Assembly (NCBI GenBank): GCA_039024555.1
Contig: JBCCQQ010000044.1
Span: 1-55,655 of the forward strand
Reading direction: 5' to 3'
Source of the DNA: Cyanobacteria bacterium P01_D01_bin.156
GTDB taxonomy: Bacteria; Cyanobacteriota; Cyanobacteriia; Phormidesmidales; Phormidesmidaceae
Length of the DNA: 55,655 nt
Positions within the stretch are counted from its first letter, which is position 1. The number at the start of each line of letters is the position of its first letter. Positions 48,579 through 55,655 of this stretch are shown piece by piece. The position numbers and the translations under genes are program-made. Under the pieces are notes generated by a model. That model was not told the origin of the DNA, ran no database searches, and saw only the letters and a list, made by a program, of their open reading frames with translations.

Positions 48579-48630
48579 CTCAAGAGAGGGTCTCAAGAGA
48601 GGGGCTCAAGAGAGGGGCTCTTGAGAGGGG
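48579..48630. repeat. Four tandem 13-bp repeats
   Basis: CTCAAGAGAGGGT CTCAAGAGAGGGG CTCAAGAGAGGGG CTCTTGAGAGGGG. Confidence 0.9.
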
Positions 48631-48921
48631 TAAAAATAGAACGGACATTGGAACATCAGACGGCCAAGGTGGGAGAGTTGTCTGGGCAAAAAACGGATTA
48701 GCCTAAGACAAAGCCACAAGGGGCTCTAGCCAAAGTTGATATCAAGACTCCAGAAAATGCCCTTGGTTAGAGTCTTGATGTATTCAGAAATCTTCGAATT
48801 ACTTTCCAAGGCTGGCAGCAGAAAACTGACAACAAAAGCATTGAAAATGTCTAATCTATGCTGACTGAAAAATGCTTGAAAATGCTGCTAAAGCATTCTC
48901 ACAATCCGTATATTCATCGTG

Positions 48922-48973
48922 GTTAACCTTTTCTTATTCAGAAGTTAATCAACCTTGGTTTTTCTCTTAAGCC
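48922..48973 (+). promoter_or_regulatory. Putative SphR/Pho box upstream of phnC
   Basis: GTTAACCT(48922), CTTATTCA(48933), GTTAATCA(48944), CTTAAGCC(48966): all in 11-bp phase, resembling YTTAAYYW repeats. Confidence 0.65.
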
Positions 48974-49011
48974 GCTGTCGATAAAAATGTTGGTTGAGAG
49001 CTGTTCGTTAC

Positions 49012-49023
49012 AGATGTCTATAC
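49012..49023 (+). promoter_or_regulatory. Putative PhnF/GntR-type operator upstream of phnC
   Basis: AGATGTCTATAC, shared with the phnM and phnG upstream regions. Confidence 0.6.
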
Positions 49024-49112
49024 ATGTGTGATGAGGTGCTGGATCAGTAATGTTGAAAACCTTTCCTTTGAAGCGTAGGGTTTCTTATAGACCTAGAGCA
49101 ATTTAATAGATC

Positions 49113-49943
49113 ATGAGATCAGTTGTGAAACCCAATTCAAATATGACACATCCGTTTGCGGTGCAAGTTGGAGACCTGTCTAAGAGCTTCAAAGGACAGC
49201 CTGCGCTGCAAAATGTTTCTCTCCGTGTTGAAGAGGGTGAGATGTTGGCTCTGGTGGGCGCATCGGGGTCCGGCAAGTCTACACTGTTGCGCAATCTAAA
49301 CGGTCTGCAGCAGGCTGATTCAGGCTGGGTTGAAGTATTTGGAAACACGCTGCAGGTGGATGGCAAGCTCCATTCCAAGGCACGGAAGATTCGCAGTCAG
49401 GTGGGCTTTATTTTTCAGCAGTTTAACCTGGTGAATCGGTTGACTGCTCTAGAAAATGTGATGGTGGGTAATCTTTCTCAGCTATCTACCTGGCGTTCGC
49501 TAACACGTCGATTTTCTCGTCAGGAAAAATTGCAGGCCCTAGCAGCTTTAGAGCGTGTTGGTATTTTAGAACAGGCGCATAAGCGTGCCTCTAAGTTATC
49601 CGGCGGGCAACAGCAGCGCGTGGCCATTGCCCGCTGCCTAATGCAAGGGGCAAAAATCATTCTGGCGGATGAGCCCATTGCATCCCTTGATCCCGATTCT
49701 GCTCGCAAGGTGATGGAGTTATTGACCGGTCTAAATGAGGAACAGGGAATTACGGTAATCACCTCACTTCATCAGGTTCAGGTGGTACAGCGTTACTTCA
49801 AACGGTCTGTTGCTTTGCGTCAAGGAACAGTTTGTTTTGATGGATATACGGCTGATTTAGATGCGGATCGTCTCAGCAGCATCTATGGTTCAGCGGTTGA
49901 AGAGCTGGTAACGAGCGGTCATAGCGAGGTATTTGCAAGCTAG
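49113..49943 (+). CDS. phnC: Phosphonate ABC transporter ATP-binding protein
   Basis: GASGSGKST, FQQFNLVNRL, LSGGQQQRVAIAR, ADEPIASLDP, SLHQV; start could be 49143. Confidence 0.93.
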   Translation: MRSVVKPNSNMTHPFAVQVGDLSKSFKGQPALQNVSLRVEEGEMLALVGASGSGKSTLLRNLNGLQQADSGWVEVFGNTLQVDGKLHSKARKIRSQVGFIFQQFNLVNRLTALENVMVGNLSQLSTWRSLTRRFSRQEKLQALAALERVGILEQAHKRASKLSGGQQQRVAIARCLMQGAKIILADEPIASLDPDSARKVMELLTGLNEEQGITVITSLHQVQVVQRYFKRSVALRQGTVCFDGYTADLDADRLSSIYGSAVEELVTSGHSEVFAS

Positions 49944-50010
49944 AAACCGCGCATTGCTAGAAAACTCCCACATGGTTACAAAACACGGATAGGTTCAAAG
50001 GAACAAAACT

Positions 50011-51078
50011 ATGGTTACTTTCTCCTTGCGTCGATTCGCATCTTTGCTGGCTGCGTCTGCCATGACAGCTAGCACTCTGGCTGCTTGTAGCGGTGCTAGT
50101 GATGTTGTTGATACAGCAACTGATGCCGCAACAGATGCGGCTGATGCAATCGCTGAAGGTGGCACCTGTGCCGCTGACATCAAAGAAATTGAATTTGGTA
50201 TTCTTTCCACCGAGTCTGCTGACAACCTAAAGCCTAAGTGGGATCCCCTTTTGGCCGACATGACTGAGGCTGTGGGGCGTCCTGTTAAAGGCTTTTATGC
50301 CACTGACTACGCTGGCGTAATCGAAGGTATGGGCGCTGGCAAGGTCCAGGTTGCTTGGTACGGCGGTAAGTCCTACATCGAAGCGGCTGAGCGTTCCAAC
50401 GCTGAAGCATTTGTACAGACTGTATCTCTAGATGGTTCTAAGGGGTATTTCTCCCACCTAATTACTAATAAAGAGAACCCCATCGTTAGCGAAATTGATC
50501 TAGAAGCTGGCGACGGTGACAAGTATGTTGTTGAGAATGCTGGTGACCTCACATTTGCATTCAACGACCCCAACTCCACCTCTGGTTTCTTGGTTCCCAC
50601 TTACTACGTATTTGCTCAGCAGGGTGCTAATGCTGACAAAATCTTTAGTGAGCTAGTATTCGCCGGTAGCCACGAAGCAACTGCACTGGCTGTTTCTGAG
50701 AACCAGGTGGATGTTGCCACTAATAACAACGAGAACCTTGATCGCTTGAAAGAAACTGCTCCCGATGCCCTTGAGAAGATTCAGATTATTTGGACTTCTC
50801 CTGTAATTCCTAGCGATCCTTTGGCGTATCGCAAGGACCTACCCGACTGCTTGAAGGATTCCATCAAGGGCTTCTTTGTTAACTATGACAATAAGGAAGT
50901 AATGGATGGTCTACAGTGGTCTGGCCTAGATCCTGCAAAGGATGAAGATTGGAACACTATCCGCGAGCTGCAAATTGCTAAGGACCTGCTCGAAGTGCAA
51001 AACGATGAGAACCTAAGCGATGCTGATAAGCAGACTAAGCTAGATGAGCTTAACAAGAAGCTTGACGCTCTTAAGTAA
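50011..51078 (+). CDS. phnD: Phosphonate ABC transporter substrate-binding lipoprotein
   Basis: Lipobox LAAC, FGILSTES, ATDYAGVIEG, DPNSTSGFLVP, GSHE, IWTSPVIPSDP. Confidence 0.95.
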   Translation: MVTFSLRRFASLLAASAMTASTLAACSGASDVVDTATDAATDAADAIAEGGTCAADIKEIEFGILSTESADNLKPKWDPLLADMTEAVGRPVKGFYATDYAGVIEGMGAGKVQVAWYGGKSYIEAAERSNAEAFVQTVSLDGSKGYFSHLITNKENPIVSEIDLEAGDGDKYVVENAGDLTFAFNDPNSTSGFLVPTYYVFAQQGANADKIFSELVFAGSHEATALAVSENQVDVATNNNENLDRLKETAPDALEKIQIIWTSPVIPSDPLAYRKDLPDCLKDSIKGFFVNYDNKEVMDGLQWSGLDPAKDEDWNTIRELQIAKDLLEVQNDENLSDADKQTKLDELNKKLDALK

Positions 51079-51111
51079 GCATTAGGCTTTTGCGCTTACT
51101 CACCATATACG

Positions 51112-51138
51112 GCACGGGCGTATCGTCCGTGCTTTTTT
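51112..51138 (+). terminator. Intrinsic terminator-like hairpin between phnD and phnE
   Basis: GCACGGGCG-TAT-CGTCCGTGC-TTTTTT. Confidence 0.7.
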
Positions 51139-51281
51139 GATAAACATAGTGTTGTATGCTCAGGCGATCGTTAGGTCCCTGCAGTTGCAATGCTAGTGAG
51201 TCCTCCAGTTCGGAAACACTCTGTTTCTAAAATAGGAGGCAAAGACCTATCCCCACATGAGATTTAATCTTTCCAGCAACT

Positions 51282-52127
51282 ATGACTAAATCGGTATCCA
51301 ATTCGGTGGCGACTGCCCAACAGAATGGTGTTTATTCTCCTGAGGTGATGGAAACTCTAGCCCAGGAGAATAAGCTGGTAACTCCTCTGCGTATTTTTGG
51401 AGTGCTGGTTGCGATCGCAGTCCTCATCTATACAGCTCAAAAGAGTGACCTCAGCTTTATCGAGCTGTTCCAAGGCAGTGGCAATATGGTTGAATACATC
51501 AGCCGCTACTTTCCCCCCGATTTCACCGATTGGAAATTTTACCTCTCCGATATCTTAGAAACCATTGGTATGGGTGTCTGGGGCACCTTGATGGCAGCGA
51601 TTTTAGCTGTTCCCCTGGCTGTAATGGCCGCTGATAATATTGCTCCAAATTGGCTAGTATTCATTGTGCGTCGTTTTCTCGATGCTATGCGAGCCATTAA
51701 CGAAGTCGTTTTTGCCTTAATCTTTGTAGTTGCTGTTGGTCTGGGTCCCTTTGCCGGTGTTCTGGCCCTATTTGTTCACACTGCAGGCACCCTAGGTAAA
51801 TTATTTTCCGAAGCCATCGAAGCCATTGATCCAGGTCCGGTAGAAGGTATCCGTGCCACTGGTGCATCCAAGCTGCAGGAGATTATTTTTGGTGTGATTC
51901 CCCAGGTAATGCCTCTGTGGACGTCATTTACCCTCTATCGTTTTGAAGCCAACGTGCGGTCCGCATCTGTACTCGGCATTGTCGGTGCTGGAGGTATTGG
52001 TGTATCCCTTTACCAGAGTTTCCGTGCGTTTAAATACGGCAAAGTCTCTGCAATTTTGATTATTCTGATCTTGGCTGTAAGCATTATTGACACCGTTTCC
52101 GCTAAGATTCGCCAGCGATTAGTCTAA
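51282..52127 (+). CDS. phnE: Phosphonate ABC transporter permease
   Basis: RAINEVVFALIFV..VGLGPFAG, KLFSEAIE, LYRFEANVRSA, GAGGIG. Confidence 0.95.
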   Translation: MTKSVSNSVATAQQNGVYSPEVMETLAQENKLVTPLRIFGVLVAIAVLIYTAQKSDLSFIELFQGSGNMVEYISRYFPPDFTDWKFYLSDILETIGMGVWGTLMAAILAVPLAVMAADNIAPNWLVFIVRRFLDAMRAINEVVFALIFVVAVGLGPFAGVLALFVHTAGTLGKLFSEAIEAIDPGPVEGIRATGASKLQEIIFGVIPQVMPLWTSFTLYRFEANVRSASVLGIVGAGGIGVSLYQSFRAFKYGKVSAILIILILAVSIIDTVSAKIRQRLV

Positions 52128-52184
52128 CGTTCGTGGAGTCTTCCCGGTGTTTAGAAAAAATCCATCCAAAACCTGAGGTACTCC

Positions 52185-52546
52185 ATGGGGCTAGATGCAT
52201 TCCTTTATTTAACGTTGGGACTAGGCGTAGGTACCCTCAGCGGCCTTATTGGTATAGGCGGTGGTGTACTCATTACCCCGGCTCTGATGTATCTTTTTGG
52301 ATTTTCACAACACAATGCCCAGGGCACGACATTAGCGCTTTTGGTTCCTCCCATTGGTTTGCTCGGTGCCTGGACCTATTTTGAACACGGCTATGTGGAC
52401 GTACGAGTGCGGTTCTTATTTGTCTCGGCTTTGTTTTTGGTGGCCTTGTAGGTGCAAAGTTTGCCATTGATCTGCCGGAGGCGCTACTACGAAAGATGTT
52501 TGGCGTATCGCTTATTGTACTTGGCCTCCGTACATTCATTCGTTAG
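52185..52546 (+). pseudogene. TSUP (TauE/SafE) family protein with a 1-bp frameshift
   Basis: GLIGIGGG, QHNAQGTTLA; after ~52409 the protein continues in the -1 frame as AVLICLGFVFGGLVGAKFAIDLPEALLRKMFG...TFIR*. Confidence 0.8.
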
Positions 52547-52572
52547 GGGAGTTGCGGATGGGTGGGCATAGT

Positions 52573-53007
52573 GTGTACCTTATTCGCGAGATGGTCATTG
52601 CGGATCATCCTGCTATGGTGAAGCTCCTAGAATCAACTCCAGGAGTAACCTTAAGAGCTGCCGATGGCTACTATGAAACGGAACGATATTTAGCTCGTAA
52701 CCCAGGGCTCAGTTTTGTTGCTGTTGTAGATGAATCCATTATTGGCATGGTTATGGCTGGCCATGATGGTCGTCGTGGCTATCTACAACATTTGCTCGTT
52801 ATTCCGACATACCGGTCCCAGGGCATTGGTACAGATTTGGTGAATCAATGCCTGCAGGCATTAGCCCAACAGGGTATTCATAAAACTCACCTGTTTGTAT
52901 TTCAGGAGAATACATCTGCCCAACGCTTTTGGCAGCAATATGGCTGTCAGTTGCGGGATGACGTCATCATGTATTCCTACAACCGTTCCAATAATCCTCA
53001 AATTTAG
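52573..53007 (+). CDS. GNAT acetyltransferase (YpeA-like); start uncertain
   Basis: YLARNPGLSFVA, AGHDGRRGYLQHL, YRSQGIG, AQRFW. Confidence 0.88.
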   Translation: MYLIREMVIADHPAMVKLLESTPGVTLRAADGYYETERYLARNPGLSFVAVVDESIIGMVMAGHDGRRGYLQHLLVIPTYRSQGIGTDLVNQCLQALAQQGIHKTHLFVFQENTSAQRFWQQYGCQLRDDVIMYSYNRSNNPQI

Positions 53008-53390
53008 ATTTAGAGTATCTCTGTGCCACCCTGGATATTGAAAATCTGATGGTGTCGATGTTTCCTGATAGTAAACCAGTGATCAAAAACACAAAGATTT
53101 ATTGTTACGATCACTCTGACCCGTTGGAAATCGACTGCAATTCAACTGTTTAATTTGTTAGAACTAACGCCATCAGACATCTTTCCCCACGCATCATGCT
53201 CATTCTGCTCCCCATCACACCATCAGGGCTTCATTTATTGACACGGTTATTATCAGTGCATCTCATCTTGTTGTTCCATAGGCAATCAAAACAAACAACT
53301 TCTCAATCAGTAACAGTATTAGCCTAACTTAACTCTCGTACCTGGTAATAAAGCACGACCCACCTTGGACTAAAAGTTCCAAGGCTCATT

Positions 53391-53590
53391 CCCAATGCGT
53401 TTGTTACCTGCGATCTGCGAGATTGCTCTGACCGCTATATCAAGAGATGTCCCAAACTAGTTGTTGAGGTTCTTTCACCCGGCATGAAAGCGTTTGATTT
53501 AGGAAAAAAATTGAGGACTATCAATTGATTGATTCTCTGGAAGAGTATGTTTGGATTTCTCAAGAGACTCAGTGGATAGAATTTTGTCGT
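53391..53590 (+). pseudogene. Uma2 (DUF820) endonuclease fragment
   Basis: PNAFVTCDLRD...PKLVVEVLSPG.KAFDLGKK, frameshift in a poly-A run, then EDYQLIDSLEEYVWISQE. Confidence 0.8.
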
Positions 53591-53881
53591 GGCGCATTGG
53601 CGGAGAGTAATAATGCTCTTTTAAGGTTAAGCCACGGTTATCTTTTTGACGTATCACCTTTTACTTTCGCATTCAACTTTGCCCTAAGACATCATAAAAC
53701 AAACGGCTATGCGAGGAGGATTCGGCTGTATATGGTGCTCAGTTCAAGTACGAGGAATCCTAGGATATGGATATGGTGAAGATAGAGGCTTGTTAATAGG
53801 TAGCAGTAATATTTGATAATTAAAGGGCTTGCGAACTTGCGACAGTATCTGTAAGTACTGCCCACACTAACTGGTTGCTAG

Positions 53882-55420
53882 TTATGGCTCTAACAAAATA
53901 GTCTCGCTATATATCCATCCTTGTTTTCCGTCTTGGCTTTGAACTCGGTACCATTGCGAATCATTGCTAACAGCTAGTATGGCTACGCGGCTTCCTTGGC
54001 CTAATTCACCCACTTTCTGGTTTCCATTAGGCTCTGTCCATAAATTAGCAAATGGGCTAATGCTTGTTTCAGCAATCTGTACAGTTCCATACTTTTCTTG
54101 CTCATGCAAGATTTCGTTTGTTGGATTCACAACTACTGGGAGAGGTCGTTGAGGTTGTTGGCTACAAAAACCTGACAAGATCATTATTACAAACCCAGCA
54201 ATGGCAATAGGTATCCATTGGATATTATCCAAATCTATTACATTGGAAGTATCTGTATAGATGTTTCCATTCTCAAAAAACTGTTGATCCTGATTCTCCT
54301 TTGATTGTTGAATAGCTCTCTCTTGAAATTGTAGCAATGAGTCCCGAAAAGGTTTGATCCATTGATTTAGTATTGAGGAACATGAAGGATTATCTAAAAA
54401 GTCGAATGTTCTGGGAGCATGATATGGATCTAGACTTAGAAGATATAAATCCGCAAAATACAGGACAATAACTTCATGAATGAGGATCATTAACTCTTTT
54501 ACAGTTTTGATACTGTCTTCTTCGCTGTAGCCTATATTCTCGAGAGCTAACTTAATAGATTGCCAATTCCATGCAGGCAAAGTAACTTGATAACGTCCAC
54601 TAGGGTTATCTGCAGGTTCGAAAGGCTTTGGGGATGTTATGCAGATGAAAATATTTTCATCTGTGATTTCGCTTTGAAGGATTAAAGTAGGAATAGGAGA
54701 CAATTGGTCTCTCATATCCATAGCAGTTAACTTCTCAATAGGTTGATCAAAGATTTTGAGATATCTAATAGGATAAACGATACTGTTGCCCGATGAGTCT
54801 CTAGTGTCAAAGGAATTAGCTAGCTCTTCTAACCTATTGTCAACTTCTGTACTGAGACTGCCAAAACGTTCAATATAGCATGATAATTTAATAGGAGAGA
54901 ATAGTACCCACAAGCAATCAGGATCTCTCTGTAGATATGTACGAGTCTTTGCTGGGCTGAGAATGAGGGGTGAGCGTTGAAGATCCCAATTTAATTCGAA
55001 CTCTTGAAGTTTGAACTGAACTAATTCATCATGGCATTCTTTAATAAGTTGAAGTTTTTGCGTAAAATATGCTTTTTTATATTCTAAATCTTGCTCTTGT
55101 ATTTCGAGAGCTCTCTGTTGTAATTCATAAGTTTGACCTGCTTGAATTATATCATGTTTGAGTCTATGCCTTTCTATATCTAATTGCTCTTGCTGTATAT
55201 GATAGGTTCTTTCTATAGCAACTAAATTGGGAGACTCTTGTGTCGTTTTTGGGAAAATATTACTGAATAACCTTTTTATACCTTGGGAGATTGTTTGAAA
55301 ACTATCATGAAAGTTGTTAATGATAGTCTTGTTATTATTTCCCTGACTAAGACTCTGGATGCTCTCTCCATTGACACTATAATTAGATCCAGACCTGACG
55401 GGGTTACACAACTGCTGCAA
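53882..55420 (-). CDS. AT-rich hypothetical protein: coiled coil, late TM helix, C-terminal SH3b-like domain
   Basis: 512 aa; TM WIPIAIAGFVIMILSGF; ANLWTEPNG..VGELGQGSRV...WYRVQ..DGKQGWI; start uncertain. Confidence 0.75.
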   Translation of the reverse strand: MQQLCNPVRSGSNYSVNGESIQSLSQGNNNKTIINNFHDSFQTISQGIKRLFSNIFPKTTQESPNLVAIERTYHIQQEQLDIERHRLKHDIIQAGQTYELQQRALEIQEQDLEYKKAYFTQKLQLIKECHDELVQFKLQEFELNWDLQRSPLILSPAKTRTYLQRDPDCLWVLFSPIKLSCYIERFGSLSTEVDNRLEELANSFDTRDSSGNSIVYPIRYLKIFDQPIEKLTAMDMRDQLSPIPTLILQSEITDENIFICITSPKPFEPADNPSGRYQVTLPAWNWQSIKLALENIGYSEEDSIKTVKELMILIHEVIVLYFADLYLLSLDPYHAPRTFDFLDNPSCSSILNQWIKPFRDSLLQFQERAIQQSKENQDQQFFENGNIYTDTSNVIDLDNIQWIPIAIAGFVIMILSGFCSQQPQRPLPVVVNPTNEILHEQEKYGTVQIAETSISPFANLWTEPNGNQKVGELGQGSRVAILAVSNDSQWYRVQSQDGKQGWIYSETILLEP

Positions 55421-55655
55421 GCCCTATAAATTCAGTGGTTAAGAATGGGTAGATAAAAAAAGATAGGCTAGTTTTACGAACACGACCTATCACGCCCTAT
55501 GATACCGTCAATCTACCAAAGCTATCTAGGGTTTGCTGTTAAAGTCAGGCACCCAGATTTTGCAAGGGTTTCAATCTATTGCGACGTGCTTAAGTGCACG
55601 GGAAACTAGCTAAAATGCTCACAACCCTTGCACCTACTTCGGGAAATGTACCGAC

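Noticed and set aside
55561..55632. TGCAAGGGTT...AACCCTTGCA inverted repeat overlapping GTTTCAATC (like the start of a CRISPR repeat)
   Set aside because: Single occurrence at the window edge; no array visible

Overview
Cyanobacterial chromosomal window: about 21 HIP1 GCGATCGC octamers counted by eye, plus typical cyanobacterial gene families. It contains sdhC-sdhA (no sdhB in the window), pdxJ, a P450, a PAS histidine kinase, an arsenate module (arsC / arsR-gap-arsJ), and a C-P lyase cluster. That cluster runs phnG,H,GNAT,I,J,K,YHS-like,L,M,M2,phnZ,metallophosphoesterase. The divergent phnCDE genes lie about 13.7 kb away, with proVWX and several accessory genes in between. The most notable unannotated structure is an integrase-less integron-like platform at about 8.5-12.3 kb. 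It has an attI-like core site with 41-bp-period palindromic repeats, followed by two attC-bounded cassettes whose core sites are exactly complementary. These carry a DUF4238 gene and a PARIS-like (AriA ATPase + AriB/DUF4435 TOPRIM) anti-phage pair. Further attC-like sites lie at 7.1 kb and after a mazEF pair at 46.1 kb. Also seen: a dispersed 86-87 bp fixed-length hairpin element (5 clear copies, 1 decayed), a 12-bp operator shared by three phn promoter regions, a Pho box, IS remnants and frameshifted genes. All family calls rest on motif recognition by eye; no database searches were run.
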